A DNA stretch of 38,179 nucleotides from Paracoccaceae bacterium. Lineage in GTDB: Bacteria; Pseudomonadota; Alphaproteobacteria; Rhodobacterales; Rhodobacteraceae. The DNA lies in contig JALSHL010000317.1 of assembly GCA_026982255.1 (NCBI GenBank), positions 1 through 38,179 of the forward strand, read 5' to 3'. The notes under the pieces were generated by a model that ran no database searches, was not told the DNA's origin, and saw only the letters and a list, made by a program, of their open reading frames with translations. Shown one piece after another: positions 8,789-17,573 of the stretch. Within the stretch, counting starts at the first letter, position 1. Each line of letters starts with the position of its first letter. A program made the position numbers and the translations under genes.

Positions 8789-9571
8789 GTGTCTTCCGAA
8801 GTTGTAATCAAGGCCGAACACCTGAGCCTGACGTTCGAGACAAACGACGGGCCGGTGCACGCGTTGCAGGACGTCAATCTGGAAATCAAACGCGGGGAAT
8901 TCGTCAGCTTCATCGGCCCGTCCGGCTGTGGCAAGACGACATTCCTGCGGGTGATGGCCGACCTGGAACAGCCCACCGGCGGTTCCATCTGCGTGAACGG
9001 AATGACACCGGCCGAGGCCCGCAAGGCCCGCGCCTATGGATATGTGTTTCAGGCCGCCGGCCTGTATCCGTGGCGCACGATCGGTGGTAACATCCGCCTG
9101 CCGCTGGAAATCATGGGCATTCCAAAGGCCGAGCAGGCCGAGCGGGTCGCCAAGGTCCTGAAGCTGGTGCATCTGGAAGGATTCGAGAAAAAATTCCCGT
9201 GGCAGCTTTCGGGCGGCATGCAGCAGCGTGCCTCCATCGCGCGGGCGCTGGCCTTTGATGCCGACCTGCTGCTGATGGACGAACCCTTCGGCGCGCTGGA
9301 CGAAATCGTGCGCGATCACCTGAACGAACAGTTGCTGGAGCTTTGGGCCGAAACCAACAAGACCATCTGTTTCGTCACCCACTCGATCCCCGAGGCCGTC
9401 TATCTGTCCACGAAAATCGTGGTCATGTCGCCCCGCCCCGGTCGCGTTACCGATGTGATAGAAAGCACCCTGCCCAGAGAACGCCCGCTCGATATCCGCG
9501 AAACGCAGGAGTTCCTCGACATCGCGCACCGCGTCCGCGAGGGACTGCGTGCGGGGCATGGCGATGAATAG
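8789..9571 (+). CDS. ABC transporter ATP-binding protein (NitT/TauT type), pyrimidine import
   Basis: GPSGCGKT, LSGGMQQR, LLMDEPFGALD, VTH; GTG start. Confidence 0.92.
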   Translation: MSSEVVIKAEHLSLTFETNDGPVHALQDVNLEIKRGEFVSFIGPSGCGKTTFLRVMADLEQPTGGSICVNGMTPAEARKARAYGYVFQAAGLYPWRTIGGNIRLPLEIMGIPKAEQAERVAKVLKLVHLEGFEKKFPWQLSGGMQQRASIARALAFDADLLLMDEPFGALDEIVRDHLNEQLLELWAETNKTICFVTHSIPEAVYLSTKIVVMSPRPGRVTDVIESTLPRERPLDIRETQEFLDIAHRVREGLRAGHGDE

Positions 9572-9583
9572 CGCGGGGGCAGC

Positions 9584-10459
9584 ATGAAACGGCTCTGGAA
9601 CAGGTTCGGACCGGTGATCACCGTGGTTTTCGGTATTATCGTGCTGTGGTATGTCATGGCCGTGGCGCTGAATTCCGCATGGACCATCGACAAACTCGGC
9701 CGCACCGGTGGCGAGTTGAGCGTGGTCGAGCATATCGCCGATACATGGTCGCAGGACAAACCGAAGCTCCCTGCCCCGCATCAGGTGGTGGCGGAGATAT
9801 GGAAAACCACGGTGCAGAAAAGCATCACCTCCAAACGCTCGCTGATCTATCACGCATGGATCACCCTGTCGGCGACGCTGGCGGGGTTCGGTCTCGGCAC
9901 GGTTCTGGGGATATTGCTGGCCGTGGGGATCGTGCATAACAAGGCCATGAACCTGTCGGTGATGCCATGGGTGATTGCCAGCCAGACCATCCCGATTCTG
10001 GCCATCGCGCCGATGATTATCGTGGTTCTGAACGCAATCGGCGTAACGGGGCTGTTGCCCAAGGCGATCATCTCCATGTATCTGAGCTTCTTTCCCGTGG
10101 TGGTCGGCATGGTCAAGGGGTTCCGCTCGCCGGACCAGATGCAGCTGGACCAGATGCGCACATGGTATGCCAGCAAATGGCAGACGTTCTGGAAACTGCG
10201 CTGGCCCTCCTCCATGCCCTATCTGTTCACCTCGCTGAAAATCGGCGTGGCTGCGGCGCTGGTCGGCACCATCGTGGCAGAGCTGCCGACGGGCGCGGTG
10301 CGCGGCCTTGGCGCGCGGCTGCTGGCAGGCAGCTATTACGGGCAGACCATCCAGATATGGTCGGCGCTGCTGATGGCGGCCTCGCTTGCCGCCGGACTGG
10401 TGGCAATCGTCTCGCTGGTGGAACGGTTCACGCTTAGACGGATGGGGATGCTGCGATGA
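9584..10459 (+). CDS. ABC transporter permease 1 (pyrimidine import)
   Basis: Multiple TM helices; EAA-type region 'QMRTWYASKWQTFWKLRWP'. Confidence 0.9.
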   Translation: MKRLWNRFGPVITVVFGIIVLWYVMAVALNSAWTIDKLGRTGGELSVVEHIADTWSQDKPKLPAPHQVVAEIWKTTVQKSITSKRSLIYHAWITLSATLAGFGLGTVLGILLAVGIVHNKAMNLSVMPWVIASQTIPILAIAPMIIVVLNAIGVTGLLPKAIISMYLSFFPVVVGMVKGFRSPDQMQLDQMRTWYASKWQTFWKLRWPSSMPYLFTSLKIGVAAALVGTIVAELPTGAVRGLGARLLAGSYYGQTIQIWSALLMAASLAAGLVAIVSLVERFTLRRMGMLR

Positions 10460-11301
10460 ATACCACGCTTGTTCTCGGGGCCATCGTGTTCTGGCTGGCG
10501 GCCTGGGGGCTGAATATATGGCTCTCGAAACAGAAACAGACGCGGTTCATCCGCGTGATCGTGCCCGTGATATTCGGCATTACCCTGCTGGTGGTGTGGG
10601 AACTGCTGGTGCGCGGGCTGAACATCAAGGCGGTGCTGCTGCCGCCCCCCTCGATGATCGGGGCGAAGTTTGTCGACAGCCTGCCGATCCTCTGGGCCGA
10701 TTTCCAGCAGACCTTTATCAAGGGCGCCCTGTCGGGATATTTCATCGGCTGCGGCGCGGCTTTCCTAACCGCCATTGCCATCGACCGCTCGCCGTTCCTG
10801 CAAAAGGGGTTGTTGCCGGTCGGCAATTTCGTGGCCGCCCTGCCGATCATCGGCATGGCTCCGATTCTGGTGATGTGGCTGGGATTCGGCTGGCAATCCA
10901 AGGCCGCAGTCGTGGTTATCATGGTGTTCTTCCCGATGCTGGTAAACACCGTGCAGGGCCTGCAGGCCGCGGATCATATGCAAAAGGACCTGATGCGCAC
11001 CTACGCGGCCTCCTACTGGCAAAGCCTGTTGAAATTGCGCCTGCCCGCGGCGGCACCGTTTATTTTCAACGGATTGAAAATTTCCACGACTTTGGCGTTG
11101 ATCGGCGCTATCGTGGCAGAGTTCTTTGGCTCGCCCATCGTCGGCATGGGTTTTCGTATCTCGACCGAGGTAGGAAGGCTCTCGCTGGATATGGTGTGGG
11201 CAGAGATTGCGGTAGCGGCGATGGCCGGCTCCGCATTTTACGGTGTGGTATCGCTCCTGGAGAGAGCAGCCACGTTCTGGCATCCGTCCCAGAGGGGATA
11301 G
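10456..11301 (+). CDS. ABC transporter permease 2 (pyrimidine import)
   Basis: ATGA overlap with the upstream permease; 'LMRTYAASYWQSLLKLRLP' and 'GAIVAEFFG'. Confidence 0.9.
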   Translation: MNTTLVLGAIVFWLAAWGLNIWLSKQKQTRFIRVIVPVIFGITLLVVWELLVRGLNIKAVLLPPPSMIGAKFVDSLPILWADFQQTFIKGALSGYFIGCGAAFLTAIAIDRSPFLQKGLLPVGNFVAALPIIGMAPILVMWLGFGWQSKAAVVVIMVFFPMLVNTVQGLQAADHMQKDLMRTYAASYWQSLLKLRLPAAAPFIFNGLKISTTLALIGAIVAEFFGSPIVGMGFRISTEVGRLSLDMVWAEIAVAAMAGSAFYGVVSLLERAATFWHPSQRG

Positions 11302-11325
11302 GGCAATCAACATGGAGAGTATGAT

Positions 11326-12315
11326 ATGAACAAGATGTTAACAGGCGCGCTGACCGGCGCCATGATGTTCGGCGGTTTCGCCGCGCAGGCGGCCGACGAC
11401 GTGACGCTGCAGCTCAAATGGGTGACGCAGGCGCAGTTCGCCGGTTACTATGTGGCTCTCGACAAGGGTTTCTACGAGGAAGAAGGCCTCGACGTGACCA
11501 TCAATCCGGGCGGCCCCGATATCGCCCCGGTGCAGGTTCTGGCCGGTGGCGGTGCCGATGTGATCCTCGACTGGATGCCCTCGGCACTGGCCGCGCGCGA
11601 AAACGGGGTTCCGGTGGTGAATATCGCACAGCCGTTTGCCTCTTCGGGCATGATGCTGACCTGCCGCAAGGACAGCGGCATCAAGACACCCGAGGATTTC
11701 CGCGGCAAGACGCTCGGCGTCTGGTTCTTCGGCAACGAGTATCCGTTCCTGAGCTGGATGTCGAAACTCGGCATTCCGACCGACGGCGGACCGGATGGCG
11801 TGACCGTCCTGAAGCAGGGCTTCAACGTCGATCCTATCCTGCAGGGTCAGGCCGATTGTGTCTCCACCATGACCTATAACGAATACTGGCAGATCATCGA
11901 CGCGGGCCTGACGCCTGACGATCTGGTCGTGTTCAAATACGAGGACCAGGGCGTGGCCACGCTCGAGGACGGCATGTATGTTCTGGAGGACAACCTGAAA
12001 GACGCCGCTTTCGTTGACAAGATGGTCCGCTTCGTGCGCGCCTCGATGAAAGGCTGGAAATGGGCCGAGGAGAACCCGGACGAGGCCGCGATGATCGTTC
12101 TGGAAAACGACGCCTCCGGCGCACAGACCGAGGAACACCAGAAACGCATGATGCGTGAAATCGCCAAGCTGACCGCCGGTTCCGACGGCACGCTGGACGA
12201 AGCCGCCTATCAGCGCACGGTGGACTCGCTGCTGTCCGGCGGCTCCGATCCGGTCATCACCAAAGAGCCGGAAGGCGCATGGACCCACATGATCACCGAT
12301 CAGGCCTTGAAATAG
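11326..12315 (+). CDS. ABC substrate-binding protein, NMT1/THI5-like (pyrimidine)
   Basis: Sec signal (..AQA-AD); LQLKWVTQAQFAGYYVA..KGFY signature; RBS GGAGAG. Confidence 0.92.
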   Translation: MNKMLTGALTGAMMFGGFAAQAADDVTLQLKWVTQAQFAGYYVALDKGFYEEEGLDVTINPGGPDIAPVQVLAGGGADVILDWMPSALAARENGVPVVNIAQPFASSGMMLTCRKDSGIKTPEDFRGKTLGVWFFGNEYPFLSWMSKLGIPTDGGPDGVTVLKQGFNVDPILQGQADCVSTMTYNEYWQIIDAGLTPDDLVVFKYEDQGVATLEDGMYVLEDNLKDAAFVDKMVRFVRASMKGWKWAEENPDEAAMIVLENDASGAQTEEHQKRMMREIAKLTAGSDGTLDEAAYQRTVDSLLSGGSDPVITKEPEGAWTHMITDQALK

Positions 12316-12339
12316 GTTTGGCCATCCTCAAAAAACCGG

Positions 12340-12376
12340 AAACGCCCGCGAAAAACCGCGGGCGTTTTTATTTCTT
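12340..12376 (+). terminator. Intrinsic terminator of the pyrimidine operon
   Basis: AAACGCCCGCG-aaaaac-CGCGGGCGTTT followed by TTATTTCTT. Confidence 0.8.
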
Positions 12377-12511
12377 TCACAAAAACATCGTGAATTTGTT
12401 CAGGAAACATGTTGAGTTTGCGGCGGCTTTTCCGCAGACTGTTCCACTCGCCCGTCGGGGCGTTTGGAAATATGCGCAAAGCAAATTTATTAAACAGGAA
12501 GGACATCCCAG

Positions 12512-14035
12512 ATGATCAACTCCGCTCGCCGCACCTTCAATATGGCCCTCGGGGCCACTATGCTGAGTGCGCTTTTGTCGACCGCAGCCTATGCTGCCGA
12601 AACCGTGAAAATCACCATCCTCGGGGTCGGCGACGTCTATAACTTCGCCGAATCCAAGGGCCGTGGCGGTGTTGCCCGCCTGAATGCCGTGGCGCGCGCC
12701 GAACGCGCTGCCAACCCGAACACCATCTATGTCATGGATGGCGACATGCTGTCGCCCTCGATCCTGTCCGGTTTCGACAAGGGCCAGAACATGATCGACC
12801 TGACCAATATCGTGCCGTTCGACCTCGCGGTTCCGGGCAACCACGAGTTCGACTTCGGCGTCGATAACTTCCTCAACAAGATGTATGATTCCGAATACCC
12901 GTGGGCAGCGGTCAACATCACCAATGCGGACGGCTCGGCCATTGTCGGGCTCGAGGGCGTGAAGATGATGGAATTCGAAGGCGTGAAAGTCGCGCTTGTT
13001 CCCGTCGCACAGGACACCACCCCCGAGGTATCGAGTTCCGGCGACCTGGTATTCGGCCCGACCGTTGACATGGGTGTCGCCGCCGCCCGCGCCGCCCGTG
13101 CAGACGGAGCCGACATCGTGATCGGTGTGGTCCAGACCAATTTTGCCAACGACCTGAAAATGATCCGCAGCAATGCCTTCGACGTTATCATGTCCGGTGA
13201 CGACCACGGCTATGCGACCTCCTACGACGGGAAAACCGCCTATGTGGAGACCTCCATCGACGCGCGCTTCCTGTCGCCGGTCGACATCACCGTGACGGTC
13301 ACCGAGAAAGACGGCAAACGCAAAGTGCGCTGGGTGCCCAACTTCCGCTTCATCGACACGGCCAATGTAACGCCGGATCCCGAAACACAGGCAATGGTCG
13401 ATGCGCTACAGAAAAGCCTCGACGAGAGTCTGGATGTGGCCATCGGCGTGACCGAGGGTCCGCTCGATACCCGTCGCAACAGCGTGCGCAGCATGGAAAC
13501 CGCCTTCGGTAACCTCGTGGCCGATGCGATGCGTGCCGCAACCGGTGCCGATGTGGCAATGGCCAATGGCGGCGGCATCCGCGCCGACCGCACCTACGAC
13601 GCCGGCACCATGCTGACCCGTCGCGACATCCTGACGGAGCTGCCGTTCGGCAATGCGACCGTGATGACAGAAATCACCGGCCAGCAGATTCTGGACGCGA
13701 TGGAAAACGGTGTGAGCCAGGTGGAAAAAGGCTCCGGCCGCTTCCCGCAGGTCTCGGGTATGGAGTTCGTCTATGATCCCAGCGCCCCGGCCGGCTCGCG
13801 TATCGTCTCGATCAAGATCGGCGGCGAGGATCTGGACGTGAACAAGCTCTACACCTTCGCGACCAACGACTACGCTCTTGGCGGCGGTGACGGTTACGGC
13901 ATGCTTGGCGGTGGTCGCGTGCTGATCAACTCCGGCAACGGCAACCTGATGGCCAACGATGTGATCGACTACATCATCGCCAACGGCGGTGTGAAAACGA
14001 AGGTCGAAGGCCGCATCAAGGTGGTTGGCGAGTAA
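12512..14035 (+). CDS. Tat-exported 5'-nucleotidase/UshA-family metallophosphoesterase with atypical metal ligands
   Basis: SARRTF twin-arginine signal; GD and GNHEFDFG motifs; C-terminal nucleotidase domain (ETAFGNLVADA, NGGGIR, LPFGN, GRFPQVSG, GGDGY). Confidence 0.88.
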   Translation: MINSARRTFNMALGATMLSALLSTAAYAAETVKITILGVGDVYNFAESKGRGGVARLNAVARAERAANPNTIYVMDGDMLSPSILSGFDKGQNMIDLTNIVPFDLAVPGNHEFDFGVDNFLNKMYDSEYPWAAVNITNADGSAIVGLEGVKMMEFEGVKVALVPVAQDTTPEVSSSGDLVFGPTVDMGVAAARAARADGADIVIGVVQTNFANDLKMIRSNAFDVIMSGDDHGYATSYDGKTAYVETSIDARFLSPVDITVTVTEKDGKRKVRWVPNFRFIDTANVTPDPETQAMVDALQKSLDESLDVAIGVTEGPLDTRRNSVRSMETAFGNLVADAMRAATGADVAMANGGGIRADRTYDAGTMLTRRDILTELPFGNATVMTEITGQQILDAMENGVSQVEKGSGRFPQVSGMEFVYDPSAPAGSRIVSIKIGGEDLDVNKLYTFATNDYALGGGDGYGMLGGGRVLINSGNGNLMANDVIDYIIANGGVKTKVEGRIKVVGE

Positions 14036-14053
14036 TCGCCCCCTGCCGACATC

Positions 14054-14086
14054 AAACCCCGCGGTTCGCGCCGCGGGGTTTTTTTA
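14054..14086. terminator. Intrinsic terminator between convergent genes (probably bidirectional)
   Basis: AAACCCCGCGG-ttcgcg-CCGCGGGGTTT then TTTT; the T tract overlaps the stop codon of the convergent gene. Confidence 0.85.
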
Positions 14087-15325
14087 TTTCGTAAAGCGCA
14101 GTTCCAGAACGTTGGTGTGTGATTCGGTCAATCCGGCAAGCGGGATCAGGAAGCGCCGTTCGGGGCGCACATCGACCGGTTTGCTCCAGGCGAGCGCCCC
14201 GTCGGCATACACCTCGATAAATCCGCGCGCGGGTGCCGTAAACCGGACCTGCAACGCCTCCATCCCGCGCGGCGAAAGCGGCAGGCTGATCCGCTGTGGC
14301 ATCACCAGCCTGATCAGCGGTTCCTGTGTCACGACATGAATCTGGCGCTGCGCGGGCGGTTGGGTCCCGACCAGATCGCGCGCGACCCGCAATCCGGTTT
14401 CGCGCCCCTCCTGCCAGCTCCAACCGGCGGTCTCCACCGGACGCAACAGGTTTCCCGCCGCATAGTAGCGCGGATCGGAACAGCGGCCGAACTGGTCAAC
14501 CACCGGCCCGCCCGTCCCGCGGTCCATCTGCAAATGCCCCGACCGGCCGAGACCGGATTCCGGTGTGAACGCGCCGGTAAGCAGAACCCCGTCGCAGGGA
14601 ATGTCGCGCTGGCCATCCGGCCCCTCGACCGTGGCCGAGGTGACCGTTTCTCCTCCATTGATCCGCACGAGACGGGTTTGCAAATGGAGCGGAATACCGG
14701 TCAGTTTCGGAAACAGGCCCGCAGGCCAGCGCGCAACGGTCGTGGCCCCCTCGCCGATCATGGCAACCGGTCTGATCCCTGCATGGCGGCAAGTCTGGAT
14801 GGCCGAGAACGAGACAAGCTCGGTTCCGACGATCAGCGGGCGCAGAAACGGCCGGCGCCCCTCCAGATAGACCAGCGACTGCAAGGCGCCGGTATTCAGT
14901 ATCCCCCGCGCCCGCACCCCCGATACCAGCCGCGCCGCCCGTGGCGTCTCGCGAACACCGGTGGCATAGATCACACGGCTTGCCGTAATATCCCGCACGC
15001 CTTCGGGCGTTGCCAGTGTCAGACACGGCCCCGGCTTTATCCCGGCAACACTTGTATCGGTGCGGATTTCCACACCGGCCTTCAGGGCCGCCGAAACCAG
15101 TTTTCGCGCATATTGCGGGCCGGTAAGGATACGGCGGAACTCGCGCCAGCCGAACGGAGGATGGCCGCAGTGGCGCGGTATGCCACCGGCGACGGGTTCG
15201 CGCTCCAGCACCACCACGCGGGCAATACCGCGGCGCTTCAGCTCCGTTGCGGCGGCAAGACCCGAGGGACCACCACCGATCACCGCAACGTCGATATCCG
15301 GTCCTTCGCCCAAATCAGTCATCAC
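14084..15325 (-). CDS. NAD(P)/FAD-dependent oxidoreductase (pyridine nucleotide-disulfide type; partner of the GlpA-like flavoprotein)
   Basis: IGGGPSG; GGIPRHCGHPPFG...LTGPQYA...ATGVRETPR...NTGALQ resemble the NADH-oxidase-like partner of Firmicute/archaeal GlpA-type enzymes; overlaps the upstream gene. Confidence 0.8.
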   Translation of the reverse strand: MMTDLGEGPDIDVAVIGGGPSGLAAATELKRRGIARVVVLEREPVAGGIPRHCGHPPFGWREFRRILTGPQYARKLVSAALKAGVEIRTDTSVAGIKPGPCLTLATPEGVRDITASRVIYATGVRETPRAARLVSGVRARGILNTGALQSLVYLEGRRPFLRPLIVGTELVSFSAIQTCRHAGIRPVAMIGEGATTVARWPAGLFPKLTGIPLHLQTRLVRINGGETVTSATVEGPDGQRDIPCDGVLLTGAFTPESGLGRSGHLQMDRGTGGPVVDQFGRCSDPRYYAAGNLLRPVETAGWSWQEGRETGLRVARDLVGTQPPAQRQIHVVTQEPLIRLVMPQRISLPLSPRGMEALQVRFTAPARGFIEVYADGALAWSKPVDVRPERRFLIPLAGLTESHTNVLELRFTK

Positions 15326-16721
15326 CGACCTCCGGTGCCAGCGTGATTTTGAAATGACCGTCCGTGATCCCTGCCAGTCTTGCCGAGCAATAGAACCCCT
15401 GACACCGCCCCATCGTGGCCCGCGTCCGGCGTTTCAGACCGGCCAGCGAGCGCGCGGCGAGCGGACCTTGCAAGGCCGCCTCTATCTCGCGGCGGGTCAC
15501 CATCTCGCAATGGCAGATGATCTCGCCATGGTCCGGTTCCTGCCAGTCGCGCGGAAACCTTTCGGCAAGGCGGGCGGCCTGCGGGACAGAAGGGCTTTCA
15601 ATCGGCCGGTGTCCCTTGCCGTCACGGTTATAAAGGCCGAACACATGTTGCGCGATTCCCAGCGCCGCGCTCAGGCCGGTGGAACGGATCGCCCCGACCG
15701 TGATCCAGTTGCGGTCCGGTGTCTCGCTGATCCGGTATTCCTTGAACTCGCAGGCCGGCCGCAATCCGGCATAAATCGCCGTAACCGGCATATCGGCCAG
15801 CGCCGGAATTTTCCCGACTCCCGCGTCGATCAGCGATTGCAGCGTTTCACGGTCGGTCGAGGCATCGGTGCGGCTCTGCTGGTCCTCCGCCGTCGGCCCG
15901 ACGGCAAGGTTGCCGAACACGGTCCGGAACAGCACAATTCCCTTGGTGCGGGCAGTCGGCACCGGCAGAATAATCGCCGTAGCCAGCGTCGAGGCCGCCT
16001 TGTCGAACACAACGAACTGCCCCTTGCGCGGCGTGATGGTGAAACGGCTCTCTCCCAGCAGATTACGATCCAGCAGATCCCCGTAAAGCCCCGCACAATT
16101 GATCACATGACGCGCCTCCAGCCGTCCCCGCGAGGTTTCCAGCGACCAGCCGCCATCCGCGAACGCACCCCCCGTCACCTCGCAATCGACAAACACCCGC
16201 GCCCCGTTGTCCAGCGCCTGTTGCAGATAGGCATGGGGCGCCGACCACGGATCGATCAGGCTTTCGCCCGGAATATGGATAGCCGCCCGCGCCTGCGTGG
16301 ACAGATGCGGCTCGGCCGCGCGCAGGCTGGCAGCATCGACCAGCACCGCATCCGGCACGCCGTTATCATGGGCCTTGCGCAGAATCTCCGGCAACGCCGC
16401 CTCCTGCTCCGCAGTCCAGGCCACGACATAGGCACCGGTCCGCTCCAGCGGCAGCCCCATGGCCTCGTGAACCTCCAGATACTCGCGATAGCCCGCCTGT
16501 ATACAGGCCAGCTCCAGCGAATCCGGCGGTGCATCGAACCCTGTATGCAGGATGGCGCTGTTCGCCTTGCTGGCCCCGTCGAGGATATCGGTCGCCTTCT
16601 CCAGCAACGCCACCCGCGCACCCTCCAGCGTAAACCGTCGCGCCATTGCACAGCCGACCACACCGCCGCCAATGATCGCCACGTCAAAGGTTTCCTCTGC
16701 AAGCCGCCTGTCCATGTTCAC
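15315..16721 (-). CDS. FAD-dependent oxidoreductase, GlpA/LhgO-like, with C-terminal BFD-like [2Fe-2S] domain
   Basis: IIGGGVVG, ASKANSAILHTGFD, PRKGQF, GPTAED, YAGLRP, IRSTGLSAA; C-terminal CHCE...MGRCQGFYC; GTGA overlap with the phosphodiesterase stop. Confidence 0.85.
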   Translation of the reverse strand: MNMDRRLAEETFDVAIIGGGVVGCAMARRFTLEGARVALLEKATDILDGASKANSAILHTGFDAPPDSLELACIQAGYREYLEVHEAMGLPLERTGAYVVAWTAEQEAALPEILRKAHDNGVPDAVLVDAASLRAAEPHLSTQARAAIHIPGESLIDPWSAPHAYLQQALDNGARVFVDCEVTGGAFADGGWSLETSRGRLEARHVINCAGLYGDLLDRNLLGESRFTITPRKGQFVVFDKAASTLATAIILPVPTARTKGIVLFRTVFGNLAVGPTAEDQQSRTDASTDRETLQSLIDAGVGKIPALADMPVTAIYAGLRPACEFKEYRISETPDRNWITVGAIRSTGLSAALGIAQHVFGLYNRDGKGHRPIESPSVPQAARLAERFPRDWQEPDHGEIICHCEMVTRREIEAALQGPLAARSLAGLKRRTRATMGRCQGFYCSARLAGITDGHFKITLAPEVGDD

Positions 16722-17524
16722 CGCCGCTCCACAAAGGGAAACGGTCCGTCCAGCGGGGCCACCCGCACCGGATGGGTGATGAGGCTGCGCTCCGGCGTCC
16801 AGTGGTGCAGCAGATAGGACGGCACATCCAGCAGGAACTCCGATGGATGCGATTGCGTCAGGTCCAGCGCCAGCGGCATACCGATGCTAGGCGCGGTGGT
16901 CACAACGGTGCCGGCCCAGCGGGTATGGGTGTGCAAATGGATATGCCCGCAAAGGACCCGCTCGATATTGTCCTGCCCCGCAACGATCTCCCGCAGGCAC
17001 TCCGCCCCGAGAAACCCGTCCTGATCGCTCTCGGGCACACCGCATTTCAGCGGCGGGTGATGCAGGAACAGCAGCGCCGGCTTGTCGCCCCCCTCCGCCA
17101 GCGCCTGTTCGAGCCAGCGCGCGCGAGCCGCGCATATCTCGCCCCCCGGCGCATCGGGAATCGTGCTGTCCAGCGCGACCAGATGCAGCGGAAACCCCGG
17201 AACCGTGAAAGACAGAAAATCACCGTCAGGCGCGGGACAGGCCGCCTTGCCAAAGACCTTTCGCAGCGTGGCGCGATCGTCGTGATTGCCCGGAATGACG
17301 AAATACGGGCAGTCCAGACCGGACAGAATAGCGGCCGCACGGCGGGCCTGCCCTTCGGTTCCGTCATTGGTGATATCGCCGCTGACCAGCACCACATCCA
17401 CCGGCAAGGGTTGCGCATTGATATCGGCGACACAGGCGGCGAGGTTCTCGGCCATCGGTGCCACGCCGAAGGTCCTGTGCCCCGCCTCCGCGATATGGGT
17501 GTCACTGATCTGCGCGATAAGCAT
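16718..17524 (-). CDS. GpdQ/CpdA-like metallo-phosphodiesterase, cytoplasmic (268 aa)
   Basis: Start reassigned to ATG 17524 (RBS AGGGA). All five motifs are intact: SDTH, SGDI, PGNHD, HHPP, GHIH. The N-terminus MLIAQISDTH is GpdQ-like; no signal peptide. Confidence 0.85.
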   Translation of the reverse strand: MLIAQISDTHIAEAGHRTFGVAPMAENLAACVADINAQPLPVDVVLVSGDITNDGTEGQARRAAAILSGLDCPYFVIPGNHDDRATLRKVFGKAACPAPDGDFLSFTVPGFPLHLVALDSTIPDAPGGEICAARARWLEQALAEGGDKPALLFLHHPPLKCGVPESDQDGFLGAECLREIVAGQDNIERVLCGHIHLHTHTRWAGTVVTTAPSIGMPLALDLTQSHPSEFLLDVPSYLLHHWTPERSLITHPVRVAPLDGPFPFVERR

Positions 17525-17573
17525 CGGTTTCCCTGCCATGCAAACCGGCCGGCCACAGCGGGCCGGCCTGTTG

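Noticed and set aside
12377-12511. Possible riboswitch in the nucleotidase leader
   Set aside because: Two hairpins are visible but no aptamer consensus I can recognise. A plain promoter (TTGAGT-N17-CAGACT) plus a 5' stem explains it; an Rfam scan would decide.
14084-16721. Opine (tauropine) oxidase OoxAB or sarcosine oxidase interpretation
   Set aside because: Attractive next to taurine genes, but the BFD domain is on the DAO-type subunit and the motifs are GlpA/LhgO-like, unlike OoxA/OoxB. Kept only as a substrate to test.
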